From: Lytechinus pictus
Taxonomy: Eukaryota
Assembly: GCF_037042905.1 (NCBI RefSeq)
Contig: NC_087249.1
Location: 10,356,001-10,420,000, forward strand
Direction: 5' to 3'
Length of the DNA stretch: 64,000 nucleotides
Made by a program: the position numbers and the translations under genes. The notes beneath the pieces were generated by a model that saw nothing but the letters and a program-made list of their open reading frames with translations, was not told the DNA's origin and did no database searches. This document shows, one piece after another, positions 43,784 to 58,051 of the stretch (position 1 is the stretch's first letter; each line of letters starts with the position of its first letter).

Positions 43784-44928
43784 AGATAACTCATGAATAT
43801 AGCACGCCATTGCAGAATTTATCAATTATGTTTAAGAAGATAAATATATGCAAAAAATATGAAATTATAATGTTCAAGAAGAAAAATATATGCAAGAAAA
43901 TATATATATAAAATTGTATGTTCAAGAAGAAAAATATATGCACCAAATATGAAATATAGATTACGGTAAATATTCAAGACCAAAATATTTAATATACATA
44001 AAAGGCATGATAATTATATGCAAGACACAAAATATATATGCTCGGCACAGAATATGTGCAAAATGCAGTATATGCAAGACATAAAAATATGATGCAAGGC
44101 TCATATACTGTATATGCCAGGCACAAATCTATGCAAGACTCCAGACATGTTATGTAAGAAACAAAATAGATGCAAACCACAGAATATATGTAAGACAAAA
44201 AATATATATGAGAAAAAAACAGATTTATGTATTAACTGACTGCAGTTGACTATAATAATAAATAATAAAAAAAACTGACGCACCTTTCGGCATTTGGACG
44301 AAAGTGTGTGTTCCCCTTAACGTGATGCACCGCACCAACCCAAATGGTGTAATCCTTGAGAAGAGACTAAAATCTTTGAACATATTTTGTCAGGCTTGAA
44401 CATAATTACGTCTTAAATAAAACAAGCGGCTTGCATGCATATGGCAAGCCTTGCATAAATTTATTTTGTGTATTGCAAAAGTTTTTTTCTTGTGTACTTT
44501 TTGTGTCTTACATAATATTCTGTGGTTTGCATCTACTAGTATATTGTTTCTTAAATAATATATCTAGAGTCTTGCATATATTATGTACATGGCATATATC
44601 TTGAGCCTTGCAAATATTTCGTGCCTTGCATACATTTTAATGTCCTGCATATATTTTGCAGCGGTTTGCAAATATTCTGTGACGAGCATATACATTTTGT
44701 GTCTTGCGTATATCATCATGCCTTTATATTTTGCGTATAGATATCTTGAATATTTTTTGGTTTTGAATTTATATATTTATATTTAAATGTTGCATATTTT
44801 CATATTTTGTTGCATATTTTTTTCTTCTTGAACATATAATTTCATATTCTATTGCATATATTTTTTCTTCTAGAACATGAATAATAAATTCTGCAACGTA
44901 CGGCGTGCCATATTCATGAGTTATCTCT
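43784..44928. mobile_element. AT-rich foldback element (second copy about 51429-52572)
   Basis: TIR AGATAACTCATGAATATAGCACGCC / GGCGTGCCATATTCATGAGTTATCT; inverted arrays of ATATGCAAGAC-like units. Confidence 0.8.
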
Positions 44929-45177
44929 TTAAAAAAAAATTGTATCTCACATGTAGGGCTAGGATACAAAGCACACAGGGAAATTATTGAACTTGAGCAT
45001 TGTATAACCATACACTTCTCTAAATTGTTAAATGGTATATCTCTTTTTCAAGTTCATGTTTGTTCAATCCACTGGCGTAAATCCGTGTTGATGGGTGGGG
45101 GGGATGACTGAAATATTTTGGCTTTTTTTTTGCAGTCATGTTTTTAGATATGCAAGGAATTGTCATTGATATGTCCA

Positions 45178-46932
45178 CAGTGGCGTACCGTGGGTCACGG
45201 CATTGGGGAGGGGGCACCACCCGGGGGGCCACTTACATTGACGAGTGGATACCATGCGCGACCAAAAAAACACGTAAGAAAGGATGTCTTTTTCAAGATA
45301 GGGCACGTTACGTACGTAACGTGATAAGGGTGTCAAAAACACAAAAATAGTGAAAAAAGGGTATCTATTTCGCTAGGAAAGCTACGTGTTTAGGGTCAAA
45401 TTTGCGGGGATGATAAAACAAAATTAAAATATTTTATTAAGGATGTCCTTTTTGCCCCAACACTACGTGTTTAGAGTCCGATTTGTGCGAGGTGTGGAAG
45501 GTGGGGCCGTACTTAACCAAATGATGTGTAAAGGTAAAGCCGACGACCGACGGACCCGCGACATGTCAAGAGTATCGTTTTGTTTCCAATACTTGTTAAG
45601 GGTACGGTTTCACACGCCAATACTTGTTAAGGGGTGCATTTTCAGAATATGGAAAATACGTGTTTAGGGTGCTTTTCGAGACCCCATGGTCGCGCATGGT
45701 ATCCACTCGTCAATGGAAGTGGCCCCCCCCCCCGAATGTTTGAATCACTGAGTGAGCGCGCTCAGTTGCCAGTTATACTGACCTAATAGAAACATTTTCT
45801 GGACAACGTCATTAAACGGATATGCATCTCATGATCAAATAATACGAGCGCGAAGCGCGAGCTGAATTTTTTTTATATTCACACCTAAAAAGAGACATTA
45901 TAATCAAATTTGTGTAATCATGATAGGTACCTGTCTCGCTAAACAATACGAGCGCGAAGCGCGAGCTGAAGTTTTCGAGATTTTGAGGAATATATTTTAG
46001 GAATCCATTAAGATTATGCATATCTCACGTACCATAGTCATCTAATGCGAGTGCCAAGCGCTTGCTGGTTTATAAGAATTACATCTGAACACATGAAACA
46101 CTTTTTGTAGTCATTGCAATCATGATTATCATACGCATCTCACTACTAATCAAATATTGCGAGCGCGAAGCGCGAGCTGAAAATTTAGATAATTCAGACC
46201 TGAAGTGGGGCATTCTAAGGTTTCTTTGTAGGAATTAACTAGGACCATACGTAATTCAATATCCAAATGATGCGAGCGCGAAACGCGAGTTGAAAATTTT
46301 TTGATATTCAGATCAGAAGAAGGGACATTTTAAGGACTGATTTTAGGAATTCATGAAGAGCAGACATATCTCACCAATCCACTAATGCGAACGTAATCAT
46401 GGACAGGAAATGTTTCATATAAGAAGACCTTAACATGGGGCAATCACTTTTTGAGTCATGAAAAAGAAGCATATGACGTAGGCCCTGGGCAAATTATGTT
46501 TCATGAAGTTATGATAAAAATGTTTCTTATGTAATGTAACATAACATAATTATAATATAACATTATAATATAAAACAATGGTAACTCAAGTGCTATATAT
46601 TTGGTTTATATTGACTTGAAAACGGGATGTTTCAGTACAACAGGATTATATATCTCGTTAACAGACAATACAAGCACCAGGAACAATGAAGACGTAGGCC
46701 CTGGGCAAATTATGTTTCATGAAGTTATGATAAAAATGTTTCTTATGTAATGTAACATAACGTAATTATAATATAACATTATAATGAATAATATTTTCTT
46801 CTTTCCCACTACACGCTTCTCTTCCTTTCTCCCTCTTTTCTCCTTTTCCCCTTTTCCCCGTTTTTTTTTGGTCAGCCGATTGGGAGGGCACGTGCCCCCC
46901 ATGCCGCCCCCCCCCCCGTAGTTACGCCACTG
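45178..46932. mobile_element. hAT-type non-autonomous element, TSD TATGTCCA (middle layer)
   Basis: CAGTGGCGTA / TACGCCACTG TIRs and a perfect 8-bp TSD. Confidence 0.9.
45220..45734. mobile_element. MITE with ~40-bp TIRs (inner layer)
   Basis: GGGGGGCCACTT(A/C)CATTGACGAGTGGATACCATGCGCGACCA inverted at both ends. Confidence 0.85.
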
Positions 46933-48387
46933 TATGTCCATATGGCAAATACCCCTCCAATATTATTATCTTTTTTTTTTACCCCATGATGGTTTAATGG
47001 TTTTATTAGAGATTACATTAAAAAAGAATTGACATTTCATCTTAATCCCTTCCCAAAGACCCCAACATAGATGAATTGGAAGAAACGGGAGTTTCTCTTC
47101 AATGTTATGATAAGGACATAAAAATTATGTATTTCGTTTGGAAATGGTGAACTGGCTCTTTATTTGCATTTTATGATTCAATAATATTGTTTTATTTGTT
47201 AAGCGGTATTTCAGGAAGAATTTTCACCAATAAAACAATTATCTCTTGTGATGTTTTTTTTTCATTACTTTCGTAAAAAGTGGGGGGGGGGGATGTTTGT
47301 ACAGGCCACCCCCCCCTCCTCGAAAAGTGGGGGGGATATATCCCCCCCATCCCCCCCGGGATTTACGCCAGTGGTTCAATCTATCCTTTTCTCCCCCCCC
47401 CCCCAACAGCTCCTCTGTTTCCAACTATTCCTCCTTCATAAATACAAAGCTTGGGTCACTCAATTGATATGGGACACATAAAATCTGTTTTCTATATGAA
47501 AATGAACTTTTAATAAACTAAGTATATGGTATACAGGCTACCCTGTGTAATGAATATAATAAATACATGTATCTTTGATATATACAATATTAATAACATG
47601 ACAGACATAACTTTATGTGATACATTCAAACAGTAACATAAGGCACTGGATAAGATATCCAGTGACTACTCAAAAGGAATCTGAATATATTATCCATACG
47701 TCATTAACTCATGTAATCATGGATCAAAATCTCAAGAGGATATAATGCTTAATACAAAAAGATGGCAGACTTAAGCGATGGTAAAAGTAAGAGCACAATA
47801 TATATGCAGGCGCGGATCCAGGATTTCGTAGGGAGGGGGGGGCCCAAATTCGACCTGATTTTGGCGCCCCTGTGTACTTTTCGGGAAAATGGCGGCCCCT
47901 CCCTCCCCCAGGCAATCATAAGTGCCTTAAATGCATGTCAAATTATCTTATTTCATAGGCACACGAAGAAGAGGCAATTGAATAATGGTTTTATAATGAT
48001 GTGTTCATGAATAAATGTAATATCACTTTAAAAAAGAATCAATGCGAGCGCGAAGCGCGAGCGATTTCTATTTTAACCATTTGATGCTTTCAATCTCGTT
48101 TAACTTCTCATCAGAGTAGGCCCTGCTAGAATTATGTGAGCGGGAGCCAGGCGCGGATCCAATATTTCTTAGGGGCCCTAATTTCAAGTCAAGTAATAAT
48201 CGTGCCAAAATATTGACTCCCATTGCCGAATGGGTAATGTCTAGTTACTTCACATAGAAACCTCTCTTGCATTGTATAGGCATACTTCGTTCTTCTGGGT
48301 ACTCCCATTTTTTTATTTTCTACTTTTTGTTTCAGGGCTTGAAAATCTTTCGGGGATGACGCCCCTGTATCGCCGCGTATGAACACT

Positions 48388-48561
48388 CAGGGGCCGCGGA
48401 ACGGTTTTCAAAGTGGGGGGGGGGGGGGCTGAACATGCAAAAAATCACAATCATATGGTCATTTTTACGTTTTTGAACACGGTTTTGGAAAAAATTGGGG
48501 GGGGGGGGCTGAAGCCCCCCCCCCCAGCCCCCCCCCCCCCCCCCCGCTTCCGCGGCCCCTG
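48388..48561. mobile_element. 174-bp MITE, TIR CAGGGGCCGCGGAA
   Basis: Perfect 14-bp TIR, flanked by CACT on both sides, absent from copy 2. Confidence 0.88.
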
Positions 48562-51500
48562 CACTGGTTGTGAAATAACTAAATTGCATATTCTGCATGA
48601 AAGAAAATTAATGTTTTATTTTGGGTAATATATTTGATACTTAGATCTGTAAGTGTTTGGATATATTATATAATCTTTTGTTATTCGCTCGAAATCCATT
48701 CAAAACAGTGAGTTGTCTTGTCAATCCTATGGCAAGACAACGACTGGTGGAAGCTTCATTAGTCTTACTTTCTGCTATTACCGACCGGATGTAAGCTCGA
48801 CTTAAGTGTTGGTCCAAGGTATTAAAGATTTTTTCCCCCACAACGGATAACGAATTCTAGAACACAATAAGTGTATTGAAAATGCCCATCGAAATGACAA
48901 TGAACGGATGGGAGGTCTTTGTTGAAAATTGGTGAACCGGAACAGCAGTTCGTCTTAATTTTCGGAGCTGATGAAAAGTTCCAAATAATGCCGTTTGTCC
49001 ACAGTCCAGGAGGAAATGCTGCTTTGATTCACCAATTTCGACAAAGTCTTCTTGGTTGCTCTTTGTCATGAAGGGCATTTGACAATACATTTTCTATATT
49101 CTTGAAAGCGTTTGGCGTCGTGTTGTGAAAAAGTTTCTGTATTGGACTAGTATTCTACTATTATTATGAACATGTAAAAGTCGGGCGAATTTTATCCAAT
49201 TTTTCGTTTATTGATTCTTTACATCAATTTTAATAGTTTTATCCTTTTTTGCTAATTTTATTATATTTTAACTTAGTTAAGAAATTAACCTGTTTATTAC
49301 ATAAATTTTGATTTTGTTTTTCAGAAAGCTATCTGCGAAGATTATTATTTTTGTTTGTACCATTCAATGATTGAAAATAATTATCTTATATCGAAAAGAA
49401 AAAATACTGTTTAAGTCGTGAACGCGACATTTTTTGAAGTTGGACAATAATTTAAGATTGATTATTTCAACACATAACCATGATAACAATCTATTTTAGA
49501 TCGCATGTATCCCCACTTATGTTTTATGATTTAGAGTCATTTAAGACTGTCAGTTTTTTCTGCCAATGTATTCAAACTAGAAGTAAAAAATAGTTTAATG
49601 GATATACCAAACCTGGTTAAGGTATTGTTCTTGGTAGAATGAATCAGTAATATTGTAAAAAAAAAACAAAAAAAAACGCACCACTGAAGATATCATGGAG
49701 CCACGTATGGTCTACATGCTTCGACATCCTTGTCAAAAAACAAGACACACATTTATATAGTTAAAAAAAATACTTATGAGATATTCTCTAAATCATTTTA
49801 AATCTTACATTTTCCTTCTTTGGGATACGTTTGTTATTGAATGGTGATTTGTTAATTTCAAGGACCAACAGTATTTATATTTTAATCATTAAGTCACTTT
49901 TAAGTCATTTTTAATGATTCTCCTTTTCTTTTTGATAATGTAAATTGCGTTAGATTGAATTAACACCTAATTCTTCATCACGATGATACAATATAAATGA
50001 TTCATAAGCGATACTTAAACAAAATAGCTGGTTAACAATATTTATGAAATCCCATCGGGAAAATAATATTAATGATGATCCAATTCAAGAAGAAGAACGT
50101 ATAGTTGGATATCCAATGGTCATTTATTTGTATTTTTTTAGGTTTCGTAGTTGTTGGACATATAGGTCTACTGTGTATATATGGAGGAAAAAAGAAAACA
50201 ATGAATAATAATAATTTACAGAATGGGCCTACAGGTAGAAAATCTAAATATTTATATATCTATATACAGGCCTATAATAGGGACTACACAATATCAACCA
50301 TGCATGGGCTCAGACTGATTGTATATTATTTTATTGAAATATTTCATGTTTACTATACATCTAATATAATTTGCAGGTATTATAATTGTTGTTTTAGTTA
50401 TTTACTAGGAATTTTATTCGTCAATTTTATTATTCCGATGCATGCCGTTTGTTCTCGCTAGCTTCAATATTATGATTATCATGCGAGATAATAAATAAAT
50501 ACATTGGTGCTTGGTGCTTCGTATTGTGCAATGAAATCGTTCTCTATTTTGACTACATTATTTTGTCGTCACTAGCTGAAATTTGCTACCATACTATACT
50601 GCTTCTTCTACTTCTACCCCCCCTCCCAACAATCCTCCTCCTACTGCTACTATTACTGCTAATAATAAACCTTCAAGGTCCAGGGGCGTTTCATCAAAAT
50701 TTTGTTATCTAACAAAATGCCAGATCTGAAATCGATAAAACGCATTTCTTGTCAGGTGGTTAGATGACAAAAGTTGATGAACACCCTCAGACATGTCAGA
50801 AGTAAATATGCATAAGAAACGCTCCCGGAGCTGAGGAGGGACAAGTCTCACCATTGTTTGAATGACGTTAATTTGATTCAATTTTTTAAAAGATAAAACC
50901 CAGATCTTCATACTTTGTCATTATCTTTATTTCCCCCCAAATTATTACCCCTATTTTACCGCTCTCGTACTCTCCCATTTGTCTATCACATTTTGTCACG
51001 TTTCGTACATAATCTCTAGCTCCTCGATCCTAACCCTTCTGTTTCTTCTAGCTTTTATATCTACCATAGAGATAAATACATCTCTATGAGATCTAGTACT
51101 AGTATTCCATACTATTTCGTTTCATCAGAGCCGTACGTGTGAACAATTATTTTTTTAAAGGGGGTGCTGATTTGTAAGAGAATTTGACAAGCAAAACAAC
51201 AAAGAAAGAAAAAAAAACGCAAACACATGCACACACACACACACAAAAAAGAGGTTTTCACTAAAACATGAAGGTCAGTTTGGTTAAAGTTCTTTTTAGT
51301 ATACCCTATACCTGACTTCCAGGGGTGCTGCCTATATGGTGTATAACACCAGCACCCACGGCAAATGTTAGGTGCTTCACCCCCGCTTTGTATCCTAGCC
51401 CTTTATGTGACTCATACTAATTAATAAGAAGATAACTCATGAATATAGCACGCTATCGCAGAATTTATCAATTATGTTTAAGAAGATAAATATATGCAAA

Positions 51501-54500
51501 AAATATGAAATGATAATGTTCAAGAAGAAAAATATATGCAAGAAAAAATATATATAAAATTGTATGTTCAAGAAGAAAAATATATGCACCAAATATGAAA
51601 TATAGATTACGGTAAATATTCAAGACCAAAATATTTAATATACATAAAAGGCATGATAATTATATGCAAGACACAAAATATATATGCTCGGCACAGAATA
51701 TGTGCAAAATGCAGTATATGCAAGACATAAAAATATGATGCAAGGCTCATATACTGTATATGCCAGGCACAAATCTATGCAAGACTCCAGACATGTTATG
51801 TAAGAAGCAAAATAGATGCAAACCACAGAATATATGTAAGACAAAAAATACATATGAGAAAAAAACAGATTTATTTATTAACTGACTGCAGTTGACTATA
51901 ATAATAATTAAAAAAACTGACGCACCTTTCGGCATTTGGACGAAATTTAAGTGTGTGTTCCCCTTAACGTGATGCACCACACCCACCCAAATGGTCTAAT
52001 CCTTGAGAAGAGACTAAAATCTTTGAACATATTTTGTCAGGCTTGAACATAATTACGTCTTAAATAAAACAAGCGGCTTGCATGCATATGGCAAGCCTTG
52101 CATAAATTTATTTTGTGTATTGCAAAAGCTTTTTTCTTGTGTACATTTTGTGTCTTACATAATATTCTGTGGTTTGCATCTACTAGTATATTGTTTCTTA
52201 CATAATATATCTAGAGTCTTGCATATATTATGTACCTGGCATATATCTTGAGCCTTGCAAATATTTCGTGCCTTGCATACATTTTAATGTCCTGCATATA
52301 TTTTGCAGCGGTTTGCAAATATTCTGTGACGAGCATATATATTTTGTGTCTTGCGTATGTCATCATGCCTTTATATTTTGCTTATAGATATCTTGAATAT
52401 TTTTTGGTTTTGAATTTATATATTTATATTTAAATGTTGCATATATTTTCATATTTTGTTGCCTATTTTTTTCTTCTTGAACATATATTTTCATATTCTA
52501 TTGCATATATTTTTTCTTCTAGAACATGAATAATAAATTCTGCAACGGCGTGCCATATTCATGAGTTATCTCTTCTTTTTTTTTAATTTGTATCTCACAT
52601 ATAGGGCTAGGGTACAAAGCACACAGGGAAATTATTGAACTTGAGCATTGTATAACCATACACTTCTCTAAATTGTTAAATGGTATATCTCTTTTTCAAG
52701 TTCATGTTTGTTCAATCTATCCTTTTCTCCCCCCCTCCAACAACTCCTCTGTTTCCAACTATTCCTCCTTCATAAATACAAAGCTTGGATCACTCAATTG
52801 ATGTGGGACACATAAAATCTGTTTTCTATATGAAAGTGAACTTTTAATAAACTAAGTATATGGTACAGGCTACCCTGTGTAATGAATATAATAAATACAT
52901 GTATCTTTGATATATACAAGATTAATAACATGACAGACATAACTTTATGTGATACATTCAAACAGTAACCTAAGGCACTGGATAAGATATCCAGTGACTA
53001 CTCAAAAGGAATCTGAATATATTATCCATACGTCATTAACTCATGTAATCATGGATCAAAATCTCAAGAGGATATAATGCTTAATACAAAAAGATGGCAG
53101 ACTTATGCGATGGTAAAAGTAAGAGCACAAGTATATATGCAGGCGCGGATCCAGGATTTCGTAGGGAGGGGGGGGGGGCCCAAATTCGACTTGATTTTGG
53201 CGCCCCTGTGTACTTTTCGGGAAAATGGCGGCTCCTCCCTCCCCCAGGCAATCATTAGTGCCTTAAATGCATGTTAAATTATCTTATTTCATAGGCACGC
53301 GAAGAAGAGGCAATTGAATAATGGTTTTATAATGATGTGTTCATGAATAAATGTAATATCACTTTAAAAAAAGAATCAATGCGAGCGCGAAGCGTGAGCG
53401 ATTTATATTTTAACCATTTGATGCTTTCAATCTCGTTTAACTTCTCATCAGAGTAGGCCCTGCTAGAATTATGTGAGCGGGAGCCAGGCGCGGATCCAAG
53501 ATTTCTTAGGGGCCCTAATTTCAAGTCAAGTAATAATCGTGCCAAAATATTGACTCCCATTGCCGAATGGGTATAATGTCTAGTTACTTCACACAGAAAC
53601 CTCTCTTGCATTGTATAGGCATATACTTCGTTCTTCTGGGTACTCCCATTTTTTTATTTTCTACTTTTTGTTTCAGGGCTTGAAAATCTTACGGGGATGA
53701 CGCCCCTGTATCGCCGCGTATGAACACAGACTGGTTGTGAAATAACTAAATTGCATATTCTGCATGGAAGAAAATTTTATTTTATTTTGGGTAATATATT
53801 TTTGAAAAGATATACATGCTTTTTATTATAGAGTTGATGTAGACTCAGTAGTCAGCACTCAGCATTTACTAATTGGGAGTTCACTGCCTACTTAGATCTG
53901 TAAGTGTTTGGATATATTATATAATCTTTTGTTATTCGCTCGAAATCCATTCAAAACAGTGAGTTGTCTTGTCAATCCTATATGGCAAGACAACGACTGG
54001 TGGAAGCTTCATTAGTCTTACTTTCTGCTATTACCGACCGGATGTAAGCTCGACTTAAGTGTTGGTCCAAGGTATTAAAGATTTGTTTCCCCACAACGGA
54101 TAACGAATTCTAGAACACAATAAGTGTATTGAAAATGCCCATCAAAATGACAATGAACGGATGGGAGGTCTTTGTTGAAAATTGGTGAACCGGAACAGCA
54201 GTTCGTCTTAATTTTCGGAGCTGATGAAAAGTCCCAAATAATGCCGTTTGTCCACAGTCCAGGAGGAAACTGTTGTTTTGATTTACCAATTTTCGACAAA
54301 GTCTTCTTGGTTGCTCTTTGTCATGAAGGGCATTTGACAATACTTGTTCTATGTTCTTGAAAGCGTTTGGCGTCGTGTTGTGAAAAGTTTCTGTATTGGA
54401 CTAGTATTCTACCATTATAATGAACATGTAAAAGTCGGGCGAATTTTATCAAATTTTTCGTTTATTGATTCTTTACATCAATTTTAATAGTTTTATCCTT

Positions 54501-56648
54501 TTTTTTGCTAATTTTATTATATTTTAACTTAGTTAAACCTGTTTATTACATAAATTTTGATTTTGTTTTTCAGAAAGCTATCTGCGAAGATTATTATTTT
54601 TGTTTGTACCATTCAATGATTGAAAATAATTATCTTATATCGAAAAGAAAAAATACTGTTTAAGTCGTGAACGCGACATTTTTTGAAGTTGGACAATAAT
54701 TTAAGATTGATTATTTCAACACATAACCATGATAACAATCTATTTTAGATCGCATGTATCCCCACTTATGTTTTATGATTTAGAGTCATTTAAGACTGTC
54801 ATTTTTTTTCTGCCAATGTATTCAAACTAGAAGTAAAAAATAGTTTAATAGATATACCAAACCTGGTTAAGGTATTGTTCTTGGTAGAATGAATCAGTAA
54901 TATTGTATTAAAAAAAAAAAAAAAAAACGCACCACTGAAGATATCATGGAGCCACGTATGGTCTACATGCTTCGACATCCTTGTCAAAAAACAAGACACA
55001 CATTTATATAGTTAAAAACAAATACTTATGAGATATTCTCTAAATCATTTTAAATCTTACATTTTCCTTCTTTGGGATACGTTTGTTATTGAATGGTGAT
55101 TTGTTAATTTCAAGGACCAACAGTATTTATATTTTAATCATTAAGTCACTTTTAAGTCATTTTTAATGATTCTCCTTTTCTTTTTGATAATGTAAATTGC
55201 GTTAGATTGAATTAACACCTAATTCTTCATCACGATGATACAATATAAATGATTCATAAGCGATACTTAAACAAAATAGCTGGTTAACAATATTTATGAA
55301 ATCCCATTGGGAAAATAATATTAATGATGATCCAATTCAAGAAGAAGAACGTATAGTTGGATATCCAATGGTCATTTATTTGTATTTTTTTAGGTTTCGT
55401 AGTTGTTGGACATATAGGTCTACTGTGTATATATGGAGGAAAAAAGAAAACAATGAATAATAATAATTTACAGAATGGGCCTACAGGTAGAAAATCTAAA
55501 TATTTATATATCTATATACAGGCCTATAATAGGGACTACACAATATCAACCATGCATGGGCTCAGACTGATTGTATATTATTTTATTGAAATATTTCATG
55601 TTTACTATACATCTAATATAATTTGCAGGTATTATAATTGTTGTTTTAGTTATTCACTAGGAATTTTATTCGTCAATTTTATTATTCCGATGCATGCTGT
55701 TTGTTCTCGCTAGCTTCAATATTATGATAATAAATAAATACATTGGTGCTTGGTGCTTCGTATTGTGCAATGAAATCGTTCTCTATTTTGACTACATTAT
55801 TTTGTCGTCACTAGCTGAAATTTGCTACCATACTATACTGCTTCTTCTACTTCTACTCCCCCTCCCAACAATCCTCCTCCTACTGCTACTATTACTGCTA
55901 ATAATAAACCTTCAAGGTCCAGGGGCGTTTCATCAAAATTTTGTTATCTAACAAAATGCCAGATCTGAAATCGATAAAACGCATTTCTTGTCAGGTGGTT
56001 AGATGACAAAAGTTGATGAACACCCTCAGACATGTCAGAAGTAAATATGCATAAGAAATTAGTAAGAGGGGGTATTAATTAAGACACAAAATAATATGGG
56101 GGACAGAATGAGGGTGTGTATGTGTGTGTGTGAGAGAGAGAGAGGGGGGGGGGGTGATGGATGACAAGGGCAAATAAGTGATGGGTAGAGGAGACTTTTA
56201 GATATACTAATGTCCATATTAAAGTAGTAATAGATAAAGCATAACTCTTAAACGTATGGAAAATATGATGAGAAAACACGATGAAGGCAAATATTTAAAT
56301 GAAAACAAATTGCTATGGTGATGACTGTGGTGATACGAGTGGGCGTGTAAGACTTGAAGATTAACCCCCTAAAAAAATTGGCCCATAAGAAGGGCGTTTT
56401 ATCAAGTAATAAGCAGATAAGTATGCAGCTTTGTTATGTATCGTACATAAAATGCTATTGAGTACAAAGACTGGTCTCAAAATTGTACATTGCAATTTTA
56501 CAATTATAGTACTGCTATGTACACTCGGGCATTTTAGCAATCACTTTGAAGACGCTTTCTATAACGCAGATAATTTATTGTCAAAAATCCTTCTTAACAA
56601 AGCAGAATTTGTCGAAAATCTGTTAATCAAAACAACAGTGTCGTCCTG

Positions 56649-56779
56649 GGGCCCGTAACACAAAACTTAGCAATGATCGTAGAACATTTTTCTACGATTG
56701 ATTCCATTGACTAAACAATGTACAATCAATCGTGAAGATCAAGCGTACGATCAATCGCTAACTTTTGTGTTACGGGACC
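56649..56779. mobile_element. Short Harbinger-like MITE, CTG TSD
   Basis: GGGCCCGTAACACAAAA / TTTTGTGTTACGGGACC. Confidence 0.75.
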
Positions 56780-57711
56780 CTGGACTCTGGACAATGTTAA
56801 CGACACATTTGCATTTTTTTCGTCTGGTCCGGATCTTAAGACGGTGCTGTTCCGGTCCACCGATTTTCGACAATGACCTCTAATCTATCCATTGCGATTT
56901 GACGGACATTTTTAATAGATTCTGAACGTTGTAGAAAGCGTCTGAGAAGTGGATGCTAAAATACGCTATTTACATAACGCATAGAGAACTTTGGAATCTA
57001 TAGTCCAAAGCTCTAGTCATAGGCCCGGGTCATAGGGATGTAGAACGCATTTACCCTCTGCATTTATATTCCCATTTTATCAAAGAGACAAATTCAGTGA
57101 GACCATAATTTTCCAAATTGAATCTATAACTTGCTAGATTCGCTTTTGGATGGTACCAACATTGAGTGGTAACCTATCCCTTGCCCGCTCGTACACACAC
57201 GAGAAATTATTAATTCATATTTTTAAACGATATATCTGTGGATGATGATTATAACGATGATGATAGGAAAATTATGACGATGGTCCCGATAATGATGATG
57301 ATGATGATGAATTTCCGCCAACAGTTGAAAGGTGGGGGACACAATAGGTCATTTCCCCCAAATGTTTCGAAGTCTTGTATTTTGGTTAATTGCAGGAGTT
57401 TCTGCATTTCATTCATAAATCAATAACAAATGGAATAACTTGATACAATTACAATGACATGAATTAGTAAATTTTTTGCGTGACAATCGAAGAGATAAAC
57501 AATGTATAAGACTGAAATAATGAGCTATAATAAGCAGGTAACTGCTTGAAACAATAGCAGCCATGAGGGAGGACTACATGGGAACCGTATATATATATTG
57601 ATAAAACGATGTCAAGAAATAAAAAGTATTAAAGCTTAGAGATTTAGTGGGGGAGAGATCAGATAAAGTTTAAAAACGTGCGAGTGGGTGCAAATGGGTG
57701 AGTGCAGGTGA

Positions 57712-57771
57712 CAGTGGCGTACCTAGGATTTTCCACAGGGGGGGCAAAATCAGCCGCCCAAAAATTTGACA

Positions 57772-57805
<34 letters not shown>

Positions 57806-57853
57806 TCTTCAATAAAAAAAATAACGCTTTTCGTACCAGAAAAAAAATTGACA

Positions 57854-57889
<36 letters not shown>

Positions 57890-58051
57890 TCTTCAAGCTC
57901 ATCAGGGGGGCAATAAAGGTCTTCAAGCTCGTCAGGGGGGGCAAAAAAGGTCTTTTAAGCTCGTCAGGGGGGCAGGTATATGTCTTTTGTATGGGTTGTT
58001 GCTCGTCAGGGGGGCAGAGTGCCCCCCTGCCCCCCCGTAGGTACGCTAGTG
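57712..58051. mobile_element. hAT-type MITE, 8-bp TSD GCAGGTGA
   Basis: CAGTGGCGTACCTA / TAGGTACGCTAGTG; internal poly-A and GCTCGTCAGGGGGGC repeats. Confidence 0.9.

Larger units (their letters stand above)
45070..47373. mobile_element. hAT-type non-autonomous element, TSD GTTCAATC (outer layer of nest)
   Basis: Perfect 15-bp TIR CACTGGCGTAAATCC; empty site in copy 2 near 52710. Confidence 0.92.
43179..56057. repeat. Tandem segmental duplication: copy 1 43179-50818 (with insertions), copy 2 50819-56057
   Basis: Near-identical collinear sequence from ACGCTCCCGGAGCTGAG to GTAAATATGCATAAGAA; duplicated ORF-track peptides. Confidence 0.95.

Noticed and set aside
50105..55713. Duplicated 118-aa ORFs
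   Set aside because: Non-ATG start in AT-rich DNA; present twice only because of the tandem duplication.
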